A stretch of 63,978 bases of DNA from contig JBGUUT010000115.1 of NCBI GenBank assembly GCA_045133795.1, positions 1-63,978 on the forward strand. Reading direction: 5' to 3'. A program made the translations under genes and the position numbers. Each line of letters begins with the position of its first letter. Within the stretch, counting starts at the first letter, position 1. The stretch comes from Spirochaetota bacterium (lineage in GTDB: Bacteria; Spirochaetota; GWE2-31-10). The notes below the pieces were generated by a model that was not told the origin of the DNA, made no database searches, and worked only from the letters and a program-made list of their open reading frames with translations. Below, one piece after another: positions 45,799 to 55,391 of this stretch.

Positions 45799-47136
45799 TT
45801 ACTCTACGTAAATTTCGTCATCGCACAAAACAATTTTTCCTTCATCTTCCAGCTGTTTTAAATAATTGATGAAATCGCGCCTTCTTTCTAATACTTCACT
45901 CTTTTTTACGGCTCCGAGAAGTTCAATTTCATGTCGAATTACTCCGGCACGTCGTTGACTGACACAGCTTAAAAATACATCTTTTACAGCCTCGGAACTT
46001 CCTTTTAGGAAAAAAGCAATTTCATTGTTAGGATAATCTTTTAATCCTTTCTCAAGCTCTTTTTTCGGTAATCGCAATATATCAGTGAAAGTGAAAACTT
46101 TTTCTTCGATTTCTTTAGCCAACTCTTCGTCTTCATTTGCAACGGCTTGGATAATTTGTTGAACATTTTCCTGGTCACAATTTCGCAAAATATCAATAAG
46201 GCGTTGTTTTCCGAGAACAGGGATATCCGCACTGTTAGTACAAATATCTTTTGCTTTTGCATTCAATTTCCCGATTATCATTTTACTGATGTCGTTGTTA
46301 ATTTTAGATTTACCGTTAATCAATTGTATGATTGCAGCGGAACGTTCAGGCGGTAATATCTTTAATATTTCGGCAGAACGTACCGGAGCCAGCAAGGTTA
46401 AAACTGTAGAGATTACTAAATCACTTTCGTTTTTGAGAAGTTCTTTTAATTGAGTCGGAGACAGTCGGTTTAAATATTCGTATTCTTCTACACCGGCTTC
46501 TTCTTCCAGTTTCATAAATCGGACACTGCCGTCAGATAATCCGAATATTAATTGTAATAAAGTTCGTAAAAATTCTCGACCGGTCGGAAGCTCTCCCCAT
46601 CCGTTTTGTGGAGTATTTAATCCGAAAGCGGCTTGTGTATCTTTTATGTCATCGGGAGTGATATTTCCCAGTTTTTGTAATTCTTTAAAAATCTTGTGTT
46701 GTTCGTCCGGTTGAAATTGTGTTGCAACTTTTGCAGCTTTGTCTAATCCTAAAAGAACTAAGAAAACTGCACTCAATCGCAGACGAGATTTTTTATCAAT
46801 AGGAGCTTCAGAAGTTACTTCTTTTATAAACGGGCGATTATCGTTTGTTTCGGCAGTTGTTGTTTCTGTCGATTTGTTAATAGGAATGTAGTCTGATTTG
46901 TTTATTTTTTCAAAAGCAGCTTTTTTTATTTCTTTAGACACAGTAGGTGTTTCTAAAATTTTTCCGTCCTTTAAATCCTTTGAAGATAATTTACGTGGGA
47001 AAAATGCCTCTACTTCAACTTGTGTATTTTTTAAACTGTTACGCATGATTTCCAAATTTTTATCATCCGTATTTGCATTGTTATTAGGTTGTTGATTTTT
47101 TTTATATGCATTAAAAATAAAATTATTTCCTGCCAT
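45799..47136 (-). CDS. fliG: FliG-family flagellar motor switch protein paralogue with about 110-aa N-terminal extension
   Basis: 'RLSAVFLVLLGLDKAAKVATQFQPDEQHKIFKEL' (FliG_N-like), 'LSPTQLKELLKNES..VISTVLTLLAP..SAEILKILPPERSAAII' (FliG_M-like), and 'FTFTDILRL......LKD....EIAFFLKGSSEAVKDVFLSCVSQRRAGVIRHEIELLGAVKKSEV' (FliG_C-like). Confidence 0.7.
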   Translation of the reverse strand: MAGNNFIFNAYKKNQQPNNNANTDDKNLEIMRNSLKNTQVEVEAFFPRKLSSKDLKDGKILETPTVSKEIKKAAFEKINKSDYIPINKSTETTTAETNDNRPFIKEVTSEAPIDKKSRLRLSAVFLVLLGLDKAAKVATQFQPDEQHKIFKELQKLGNITPDDIKDTQAAFGLNTPQNGWGELPTGREFLRTLLQLIFGLSDGSVRFMKLEEEAGVEEYEYLNRLSPTQLKELLKNESDLVISTVLTLLAPVRSAEILKILPPERSAAIIQLINGKSKINNDISKMIIGKLNAKAKDICTNSADIPVLGKQRLIDILRNCDQENVQQIIQAVANEDEELAKEIEEKVFTFTDILRLPKKELEKGLKDYPNNEIAFFLKGSSEAVKDVFLSCVSQRRAGVIRHEIELLGAVKKSEVLERRRDFINYLKQLEDEGKIVLCDDEIYVE

Positions 47137-47322
47137 TTTTCCCCTCCCAAGGTTATAGCCTGTTTATCTTTGAACAGTAATACAAATTTGTCATAATAAA
47201 TGCAAGCGTGTTGACTGTCTCTATTTTAATTTGTGAATTAATCTTTAGATTTTTACGCCTAAAGCGACAGTATTTTTTTGCGTAATTGCAAAATCGCATA
47301 CTGTCGCAAAGAAGTAACAGTT

Positions 47323-48756
47323 TTAATCTTTATTAAAAGAATTTATTAACTCTCCGTAGTAACGATCCATATCTCCGGCTCCCATCAGACAAACGACGTC
47401 ATTAATGCTTATTTTATTTTTGAGATTTTCGGCAATAGTTATCGGGCTGCCACAATATTCGGTATTCGGATTATATTTTGCTGTTTTTTCAGCTAACATT
47501 TCAGAACTTACGCGTTTTTCCCATTCATTCTTTTTTTCACGTGCGGGATAAATATCGATTAACGAAATTTTATCCGCAGCAGAAAGTGCGGTTGCAAAAT
47601 CATTAAGGAAATTAAATGTTCGAGAAAAAAGGTGTGGTTGAAAAATAAGATGTAACTTACGCTGCGGATAAATACTGCGAATTTCTCCGATTATGTGTCG
47701 AATTGATTCCGGCGAATGTCCGTAATCGGTGATAAAAACCGGTTTTTTTCCGCAAACATCAAAACGGCGTTTCATTCCGGTAAAACGTTTTAATCCTTCT
47801 GTGACATCAGCATGTGTCATTCCTAATTCCAATGCTGCCAAAACTGCACCGGTTGCGTTTAGGGCTAAATATCCTGGTAAAGCAGGAACAAACAACGGCA
47901 GTTTTTTTTCGTCGACAGCGTCCAGAGTAAAATAGTTTCCTTCCGGTGTAAGTTTGTGATTTGTGATTGTCCAAACTTTTGATGTGTCAATATTGGCATT
48001 TTTTAATAATGCAATTTCTTCAGGAAAACCGAACCATGTAATATTTTTAAAATTATTTTCTTGAACAAACTCTATGATATTCGGAGTTGCATGAAGAATT
48101 TGTTTTTTTCTTCCGGTCATTCCGTTAAAAAAGTGAGCAAATGAAGCTTTGTAATCTGCAAAGTCTCGATATGTTTCCGGATGTTCGAAAGCAAAATTTA
48201 TCATTACATTAATTTCCGGATGATAATTATGAAAATTGCGATTGTATTCATCACCTTCAAGAATATAAGTACAGCCTTTTCCCATGAAAATATTTGAGTT
48301 GCCGGACGGCATTTTCATTTGAGCACCGAGTATAGACAACGGATCCCATTTGGTGTCCTGCAAGATTGCTGTAAGAATTCCGGCGGTAGTTCCTTTCCCC
48401 TCACTTCCTGAGACAGTAATACCGATTCTGCCTTCTTCCAGTAAATATTTTCCTATAAAGTTTTCCCAACTTTCTTGCGGTATTCCGAGTTTTTCGGCTT
48501 CTTTAAATTCTGGATTATCCGGAGCTAACGCTTTTACCGCCGGTGAATATAAGAGAAGCTGCGGAACGTTTTTTAAGTTTTCAGCAGCGTGTTGATAAAA
48601 AATCTTTATTCCTTTTTGCTCTAAGTAACCTAAATCATCACGAGTTGTACGTTCCGAACCGGTTACCTGTATTCCTTTTTCACAAAGATATTCTCCGATT
48701 GCTGAACAGGCACAGCCGCCGATTCCAAGAATATGAACGTGTTTTAATTGTTTCAT
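47323..48756 (-). CDS. murC: Mur ligase, UDP-N-acetylmuramate--L-alanine ligase-like
   Basis: 'VHILGIGGCACSAIGEYLCEKGIQVTGSE', P-loop 'ITVSGSEGKGTTAG' and 'DIYPAREK'. I cannot exclude an Mpl-type paralogue. Confidence 0.75.
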   Translation of the reverse strand: MKQLKHVHILGIGGCACSAIGEYLCEKGIQVTGSERTTRDDLGYLEQKGIKIFYQHAAENLKNVPQLLLYSPAVKALAPDNPEFKEAEKLGIPQESWENFIGKYLLEEGRIGITVSGSEGKGTTAGILTAILQDTKWDPLSILGAQMKMPSGNSNIFMGKGCTYILEGDEYNRNFHNYHPEINVMINFAFEHPETYRDFADYKASFAHFFNGMTGRKKQILHATPNIIEFVQENNFKNITWFGFPEEIALLKNANIDTSKVWTITNHKLTPEGNYFTLDAVDEKKLPLFVPALPGYLALNATGAVLAALELGMTHADVTEGLKRFTGMKRRFDVCGKKPVFITDYGHSPESIRHIIGEIRSIYPQRKLHLIFQPHLFSRTFNFLNDFATALSAADKISLIDIYPAREKKNEWEKRVSSEMLAEKTAKYNPNTEYCGSPITIAENLKNKISINDVVCLMGAGDMDRYYGELINSFNKD

Positions 48757-49012
48757 TGTTTTTCCCCTTTGAGTATGTATATATACTGTTTTATGAATTT
48801 CTTTTCAAAGTTTCTGTTGATTTTTATGTATTTTAAAAAAAGTCTTTTATATTTTTTATTCCGAATAAGAATTTGTGACATTAAAAAATGAGACTTTTGG
48901 ATTCAAGACTGCCGTTGAGAGTAGAATCTCAGTTTTTCGTCCATCTTTGCATACAATAAAATCTAAAGTCTATATGTATTTTTTTATACCAAGAGCGTTG
49001 TCCTAAAAATAT

Positions 49013-49741
49013 TTAATCTGAATATTTTTTTATCTTTTCAAAAATTTGTGTTGCGTTATAAAAGATTTGTTCGGCAAAATCTTCGATTTTTTGTCGACGA
49101 ATTGAAGAAAGCAGCGACACTGCGGCGGCTAAAGTTTGCGGTTTGTCAGTGTCTGTTTCTGTTAAGATTCGATTTGTATCGACAAATGCAGCAGCTTGGG
49201 CGGTTTTCTTGCTGCATGAAAGTAATTTTGCAGAGAAAGAAAAGTAAACATCATAATTACTTAATTTTTGTGCATCTTGCATTGAGCCGCAGAACCCGTG
49301 AATAATAATAATACTCTCGCTGTTTCTTTTTCGAAAGTTGCTTAAAATCGGCGGTAAGAGATGCAAGGATTTTACGCAGTGTAATGTTATTACCGGGCAT
49401 TTGTTTGTTACGGCAATATCGAGTTGTCGTAAAAATATGATTTTTTGCATTTCCGTATTTTCTCGACATAAATCTAATCCGATTTCTCCCATCAAAATAT
49501 TTTTTTTATGCAGTGAAAAAAGATTTTCTAATCGGTGTAAATCCTTTTCAAAATCGGTTGTCATATACGCAGCTTGCCAAGGATGAATCCCGAATGAAAA
49601 AGGGATATTGTTTTTTAATGAGAAATCAGCTTGCAACAGTTGATTGTGCAATGAAAAAGGATTGTCTGCATTTGCTGCGGCAATACAAACTTCTGCTGTA
49701 CTTATTTCCGGCGAATGAGTGTGAATATCGACTAATCTCAT
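49013..49741 (-). CDS. TatD-family metal-dependent hydrolase
   Basis: 'LVDIHTHS', 'GIHPW', 'GEIGLD', 'ITLHCV', 'IIHGF' and 'TETD'. Confidence 0.75.
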   Translation of the reverse strand: MRLVDIHTHSPEISTAEVCIAAANADNPFSLHNQLLQADFSLKNNIPFSFGIHPWQAAYMTTDFEKDLHRLENLFSLHKKNILMGEIGLDLCRENTEMQKIIFLRQLDIAVTNKCPVITLHCVKSLHLLPPILSNFRKRNSESIIIIHGFCGSMQDAQKLSNYDVYFSFSAKLLSCSKKTAQAAAFVDTNRILTETDTDKPQTLAAAVSLLSSIRRQKIEDFAEQIFYNATQIFEKIKKYSD

Positions 49742-49746
49742 ATATT

Positions 49747-51246
49747 TTAAATTGTATCAAGATTTATAACAAGCAGCGTTAAATCGTCTTTTGCATTTTC
49801 TAGCGGCATAAATGAATTTAAATCATCGATGATTATGTTTTTTAATGCATTGGCACTTTTGTCTTTATTAGCTATGACAATTGATTCCAGTCGTTCAATG
49901 CCGTAACGTTCTTCGTTGTTTTCTGATTCAGTAATTCCGTCAGTATATAAAATAATTTTGCTGGTTTCTTCGGTAGAAATCGTAGCAGTTTCCAACGGAA
50001 GTTTTTCGAGATAACCGATAATGGAAGAGTTCGGAATTAAACGTTGTAAAGAACCGTCTTTTTGGACTAACAGAATTTCGGTTAATGCCGCATTTGAATA
50101 TGTAAGAATATTTGCATTAAGGTCAAGTTCTCCGTAAAAAGCTGCAAGATATTTTTTATTTGCAGTGATTTTACAAAGGTCGAAATTTACTTGTTGTATA
50201 ACATCTTCAGGATTCATGTATTGTCGAATATTTTTTTGGAATGAAATTTTCGCCATCATTGTTACCATTGCAGCAGGGATTCCGTGACCGCAAACATCTG
50301 CAATAACAAAAGCGTATTTTTTATTTCCCAGATTTACGATGTCGTAATAATCACCCCCCAGTTGTTCCATCGGGCGATAAAAACCGGCACAATCGATTTC
50401 GGTAAAAGTAATTTGCGGGATAATAGCCTCTTGAATTCTTTGTCCCATTTGCATTTCAGCTTGGATTTGTCTTTGGATATTCAAAAGCTCTTCATTGTAA
50501 ACTTGCAATTGATGAGTTCGTTCTTTGACTTTACTTTCCATTTTTTCACTGTAATCTTGCAAAGTTTCGGCCATTGCATTAAATGAATCCGAAAGAACTT
50601 TCATTTCTTGATTTTGGTTAAAGTTAGCACGGATGAATAAATTTTCTTCCCTGAAATGCCCAACAATCTCGCAATATTTTTGAAGCGGACGTACTATTAA
50701 TTTTTCCAAAACGAAGTGGAAAGTAAGAATTAGAGCAATTGTCATTATAATAAATTGTAATAAAGTAAAAAGAATATCTCTGGTTAATTCCTTATAAAGA
50801 TAAGACTTTGTCGTAATAAGAATGATTTTTCCTATTTCAATTTCATTGTTTTCGTTGGAATCATCGATATGGATAATAGGATGATTAAGGATAACTTCCG
50901 GTTTGTATGTTGATTTATATATGATTGCTTCTTCGGTTGAACAGATTTTCTTTTCCTTAGAAAGACCGTATTCAAGATTGTCATCTTCATTATAAACAAG
51001 TATGGCTTTTATATAATTATTTTCTAGCTCAATTTGTATTACACTTTCCATCCATTCATAATTATAATTCCATAAAGGCCAATCAAGGTTAAATTGGAGA
51101 CGTTTTACTAATAAATCTATATTGTTTTGGTACTCGTTATGTTTATCTTTATATCTGAGAAAACCGGTAGCCCCGCCCATTATTATCATAATTAAGGAAA
51201 TTATCGCAATGATTATATAATTTACCAAAGTAGAAAGTTTTGTCAT
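49747..51246 (-). CDS. membrane sensor + HAMP + PP2C (SpoIIE/RsbU-type) serine phosphatase
   Basis: Two TM helices flank a sensor domain of about 140 aa. HAMP 'RPLQKYCEIVGHF...LSDSFNAMAETL'. PP2C landmarks 'LGGDYYD', 'FVIADVCGHGIPAAM' and 'LYTDGITE'. Confidence 0.8.
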   Translation of the reverse strand: MTKLSTLVNYIIIAIISLIMIIMGGATGFLRYKDKHNEYQNNIDLLVKRLQFNLDWPLWNYNYEWMESVIQIELENNYIKAILVYNEDDNLEYGLSKEKKICSTEEAIIYKSTYKPEVILNHPIIHIDDSNENNEIEIGKIILITTKSYLYKELTRDILFTLLQFIIMTIALILTFHFVLEKLIVRPLQKYCEIVGHFREENLFIRANFNQNQEMKVLSDSFNAMAETLQDYSEKMESKVKERTHQLQVYNEELLNIQRQIQAEMQMGQRIQEAIIPQITFTEIDCAGFYRPMEQLGGDYYDIVNLGNKKYAFVIADVCGHGIPAAMVTMMAKISFQKNIRQYMNPEDVIQQVNFDLCKITANKKYLAAFYGELDLNANILTYSNAALTEILLVQKDGSLQRLIPNSSIIGYLEKLPLETATISTEETSKIILYTDGITESENNEERYGIERLESIVIANKDKSANALKNIIIDDLNSFMPLENAKDDLTLLVINLDTI

Positions 51247-51441
51247 TTACAATCTCATTCTAAATTCAAGTTAATAATTTTTTTCTTAACTAAGATTTAT
51301 AATATATATCCAATAAAAAAACTAATCTAATAGATAAAAAATAAATAAATTCTGTTTTTTATAAGATTTTTTTGTTATCCGATTTTAAAAATCGAATATA
51401 AAAATAAAGTTAAGGTTATAAAACAGGAAAGAAAATATTTT

Positions 51442-52353
51442 TTATTTTTTTAGAATGCTTTTTAGCTTACGATAAATTCTGCCCGGCGTGATTAAATTTT
51501 TTCGGCGGAAAAAGTTTTTAAGTCGTTTGTACATTTGTTCATCGACAACGATTTCTTGAGGGAAACAAGTAATTTCATAATCGATAGAATCATGTATTTG
51601 GTGAAGCGGCGATGCATAACAGTTTTCTCCGCTGCTGTCCATTCCGATGTTGCGAACAAGAGTTTTTTGCGGGGCAACACAAAGCCCGCCGTGTTCAAAA
51701 ATTGTTGCACCCCAAAAAATTGCCCAAGTATTAAGTTTGCCGCTTTTGTTGCGTAAAATTTGTTTCCAACGATTTTCCGTTCCTTCACTGTTGAAATGAT
51801 AAATGTCTTTGCGTGAAAATTTGTTGCAGTAATATTCGCAATCTTTTTTGTAATATTTCCAACGGTCAGCCCACGTTGCCCACCCCCAACAGTCCATTAC
51901 CGGATAGATAAAAGCACTGTCGCAAGATGTGGCTTTTACCGGATTAGTCCAGCCGTTGATATGCCAAACTTGCGGTGTATCTCGGTACAAATCCAGAGCT
52001 TTATTCATGTAAGTGAGAAAAAATTGTCCGGTAACAATATCATCTTCCAATACAATAGCACGACCGTGTTTTTCCATTATTTTAGAAACTCCGCTGATAA
52101 TGGATGAAGCCAGGCCTTTATTTTCCTGAGCTTCTTCGATATAAACATAGCCGCACCATTTTTTACTGCGTACAACATTGCGAGTTTGTGCAATTTTTTC
52201 GAGTTGCTTTTCGGAAGCATTGTTTTTAGCACCGTCACAAAAAACATAAAGTTCTGTTTGCTCTGACAAATGATTTCGTTGCAAAGCCTCCAGTGTTTTT
52301 TGTGTATGTTCGGGACGATTGTAAACAAAAAGGATTACCGGTGCTAAATTCAT
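51442..52353 (-). CDS. GT-A fold glycosyltransferase, GnT-I (GT13)-like
   Basis: 'APVILFVYNRPEHTQKTLEAL' and 'IVLEDDIVTGQFFLTYM' parallel the N-terminal strand and the EDD metal motif of GnT-I-type enzymes. This comes from memory, not a search. Confidence 0.5.
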   Translation of the reverse strand: MNLAPVILFVYNRPEHTQKTLEALQRNHLSEQTELYVFCDGAKNNASEKQLEKIAQTRNVVRSKKWCGYVYIEEAQENKGLASSIISGVSKIMEKHGRAIVLEDDIVTGQFFLTYMNKALDLYRDTPQVWHINGWTNPVKATSCDSAFIYPVMDCWGWATWADRWKYYKKDCEYYCNKFSRKDIYHFNSEGTENRWKQILRNKSGKLNTWAIFWGATIFEHGGLCVAPQKTLVRNIGMDSSGENCYASPLHQIHDSIDYEITCFPQEIVVDEQMYKRLKNFFRRKNLITPGRIYRKLKSILKK

Positions 52354-52427
52354 GATTTTCTCCGTGATAACTGAAAGTTACGGCATTATATGAAAAAATC
52401 AGAAAGTTACAAAAGGAAATTACCGTT

Positions 52428-52703
52428 TTAGAACCAAAAGTCTTCGTCGATTATATAGTTAATTTCTATTTCTTCTATATACTCATATTTTTCAGATTCT
52501 AAATATGCACAATACGCTCTGGCAATAAACCAATTATAAAAACGTTCTTTTGTTCTGATAGTTTGATAACGACAACTTTCCATAAACTTTCGTTGATAAT
52601 TGGAAAGAAGTCGGCGATTATCTGCGTTAATACATTTTCCGAAACGCATTAAAAATTCTTCCTCTTCACTAAAAGTTAATAATAAAGGAAAAGACTTTTT
52701 CAC
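52428..52703 (-). CDS. hypothetical small protein
   Basis: 91-aa ORF on the same strand, between the HAD and GT genes. No motif recognised. Confidence 0.35.
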   Translation of the reverse strand: MKKSFPLLLTFSEEEEFLMRFGKCINADNRRLLSNYQRKFMESCRYQTIRTKERFYNWFIARAYCAYLESEKYEYIEEIEINYIIDEDFWF

Positions 52704-52819
52704 TTTGATAAAACCTCACATTCGTAAGCCATTCAGCATCATGTAAAATGAACAACTCCAAATAAAATAGTGATAAATGATTTTTTTTCAAAGAAAAATT
52801 TTTGCGTTATATAAAAAAA

Positions 52820-53503
52820 TTACTTTTGCAAATAACGACTCTCAAACCAGGTCATTGCTTTTTTTGCCGTAAATTCCGCATGACCTTGTTGAAATAAAAT
52901 ATCACTTTTAAAAAATGCTTCATCCAGCGGTGTATCTGTAAGATACGGAATCGCCATTACTTGCATTCCGGCATTAAGTCCGGCTTCTATTCCGAAAACG
53001 GAATCTTCTACTACGAGACAATTTTCCGGTTGAGAATGAAGTTTTTCGGCAGCTTTCAAAAAAATGTCCGGGTTTGGTTTGCTTTTTCCGACATCATCGG
53101 AAGAAATTACAGCATCAAAATATTTACGTAAATCAAGGTGATCGACTAAACGATTAAGGATTGAAGATGAAGTGCCGGAAGCAATTGCAATAGGAACGCA
53201 TTCACTGACCAGCATTTTAATAAATGCTAACATTTCGGGATAAATCGGAGTATTTTTTAGTGCGATTTCCAGATAGAGTTCATTTTTTCGGCGTATCATA
53301 TCTTCCACCGTGCCGGGCAGATTGTAACGTTCGTGAAGAGTTTTCATCATTCCGCTGTTACCTCGTCCGATGAATTCTTTTTTCATTTCAAAGGTGAAAT
53401 CGATACCGTATTCTGCCATGAGAAGTCGGTCTGCTTCATAATAATTAGGTTCGCTGTCTGCTAAAGTTCCGTCAAAATCAAAAATTACTGAATCAATCCT
53501 CAT
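52820..53503 (-). CDS. HAD-superfamily hydrolase, subfamily IA (beta-phosphoglucomutase-like)
   Basis: 'VIFDFDGTLADSE', 'IASGTS', 'GKSKPNPDIF' and 'LVVEDSVFGIEAG'. Confidence 0.85.
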   Translation of the reverse strand: MRIDSVIFDFDGTLADSEPNYYEADRLLMAEYGIDFTFEMKKEFIGRGNSGMMKTLHERYNLPGTVEDMIRRKNELYLEIALKNTPIYPEMLAFIKMLVSECVPIAIASGTSSSILNRLVDHLDLRKYFDAVISSDDVGKSKPNPDIFLKAAEKLHSQPENCLVVEDSVFGIEAGLNAGMQVMAIPYLTDTPLDEAFFKSDILFQQGHAEFTAKKAMTWFESRYLQK

Positions 53504-54527
53504 TTAAATTACTCCGTAAAAAATAATAAATTCCTTTGTCTGTCCAATCGGCATCGTTTTGAAAATAATGTTCTACGGTTTCGATGTACTGACGGACATT
53601 TTTTGTTCTGTGAATTTTTTTTATAAACTGCTCACTGTTTTTTAGGTGAACAGCTGAATATTCCCAGAAACCTTTCATTTTATGGCAAATCCCTGCCGGT
53701 TTATTATCAATGTCTTTGTGTGTTGAGCCAAAGCTTATATCAAATGAATTAAAAATTTCATCATGAAAGTCATGTAATATTTTAATTTTTGTGTCATTGT
53801 CGAAATCCGGATTTCCGCAAAGTCGTCGAGCTAAGAACGGGTCGGACAAAGCACCGCGTCCTAACATAAAGTGAGTTACTTCAGGAAACATTTTTTTGAT
53901 ATTAAAAAAACTTTCATCGTCAAAAATATCGCCGTTATATGCAATCGGTTTTCCGTAAAGTTCCAGAGCTTCTGCAAAATATTCAAGATACGGCTTACCG
54001 GAATAAGCCTGTTTCCCGGTTCTGGGATGGATTGTTAATTCTGATATCGGATATTGGGAAATTACTTTCAAAACGCTACGAAATTCTGTCGTGTCATTAA
54101 GTCCGAGTCTCATTTTGATTGACAGTTTGCAGGGAATGTCTTTCATAGCTTCGTTTAGGACTTTATCGATAAGTTCTGCATACGGTAATATTCCGCTGCC
54201 TCGTTTTTTACGAGTAACGGTAGGAAACGGACAGCCGATATTCCAATTTACTTCATTGTATCCTAACGCAGCCATTTTTAAAATTAATTTATGCATAAGC
54301 GTGCCGTCACATGATAAAATTTGCGGAATCATTTCTACGCCGCAACTTTGAAGCGGACGACTTTTTGCCGGAGATAAATCTTTGAGTAAATTAGGATTTT
54401 CTACGGTTGTGTTTACGGCGGATACAAACGGAGCGTAATATTTTGTCATTCCTCCGAAGTATTTGTGATATGCGTTACGATACGAACTGTTTGTAATACC
54501 TAAAATTGGAGCTAAGCTAAAAATCAT
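53493..54527 (-). CDS. tRNA-dihydrouridine synthase family protein
   Basis: 'LAPILGITNSSYRN', 'EVNWNIGCPFPTVTRKKRGSGIL', 'IKMRLG', 'LTIHPRTG' and 'GDIF'. Confidence 0.75.
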   Translation of the reverse strand: MIFSLAPILGITNSSYRNAYHKYFGGMTKYYAPFVSAVNTTVENPNLLKDLSPAKSRPLQSCGVEMIPQILSCDGTLMHKLILKMAALGYNEVNWNIGCPFPTVTRKKRGSGILPYAELIDKVLNEAMKDIPCKLSIKMRLGLNDTTEFRSVLKVISQYPISELTIHPRTGKQAYSGKPYLEYFAEALELYGKPIAYNGDIFDDESFFNIKKMFPEVTHFMLGRGALSDPFLARRLCGNPDFDNDTKIKILHDFHDEIFNSFDISFGSTHKDIDNKPAGICHKMKGFWEYSAVHLKNSEQFIKKIHRTKNVRQYIETVEHYFQNDADWTDKGIYYFLRSNLNED

Positions 54528-54715
54528 GCGGTACTTTTAGCAAATGAAGATATTGATTGTCAAATCTTAAAATGGGAGACATTTCGATTTTGAAAAAGAT
54601 TGAAGAAAAACAAGAAATATTATAAGAACTAGCGAAATTGATGTGTTTTATAAAACGTTTTAATTTTGTTTTTTCAATAGAAAATAAAAAGCTACAGAAT
54701 AAGGAAGGATTCAAT

Positions 54716-55381
54716 ATGAAAAAAATCAGTTTAATTTTTGTTTTACTTTGTGCGTTTGCGATGATTTTAAATGCTGCCGAGATAGAAGAAAATACAGAAA
54801 GTCTTCAAACTCAAATGGAAAATGAAATGGCAACTTTTCGTTTTGATAATGTAGACCTTTATAAAAATAAAATTCAAAGTGCCGGCGGTGACTTTGCTGC
54901 AAATACGAAATATTATGTTCAGTTAGGTTCCGGAGAATATGTAGATTTACCTTTTTTGGCAAGAAAAATGGGAAATGACAGATTGGCAAAAGATTTAACG
55001 TGGGGACGTTATTATAACTCATTCAAAGTCGGTTTTTTTATAAGTTTAGTTACCGGAATTGCTCTTGATGTGGGCGGAGCAATATTGACTGTAGGATATT
55101 CTACAAAAGATTATGTTTTCGGAGATACAATGTATCATCAAGATACGGCTTTAGGTTGGGGAATAGCACTTTTTACGTTATCAACATTTTCTCTTACCGG
55201 AATAATAACCTTTGCGATAGGAATGGCAAAAGGTACACGTTACAATTACGATTTGATTAAAGCAAAGTTTTTGGTAGACCAATATAATGGTTTTGTAAAA
55301 CGCAAATACGATAAAATGAGTTTTGATATTGAAGGAACAAACAAAGGCGATATGCGTTTTTGCATGGAAATGAAGTTTTAA
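54716..55381 (+). CDS. hypothetical membrane protein (signal peptide + 2 TM)
   Basis: ATG at 54716 follows AAGGAAGGA. Signal peptide 'MKKISLIFVLLCAFAMILNA'. Two Gly-rich TM helices. Confidence 0.45.
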   Translation: MKKISLIFVLLCAFAMILNAAEIEENTESLQTQMENEMATFRFDNVDLYKNKIQSAGGDFAANTKYYVQLGSGEYVDLPFLARKMGNDRLAKDLTWGRYYNSFKVGFFISLVTGIALDVGGAILTVGYSTKDYVFGDTMYHQDTALGWGIALFTLSTFSLTGIITFAIGMAKGTRYNYDLIKAKFLVDQYNGFVKRKYDKMSFDIEGTNKGDMRFCMEMKF

Positions 55382-55391
55382 GGAATAAATT

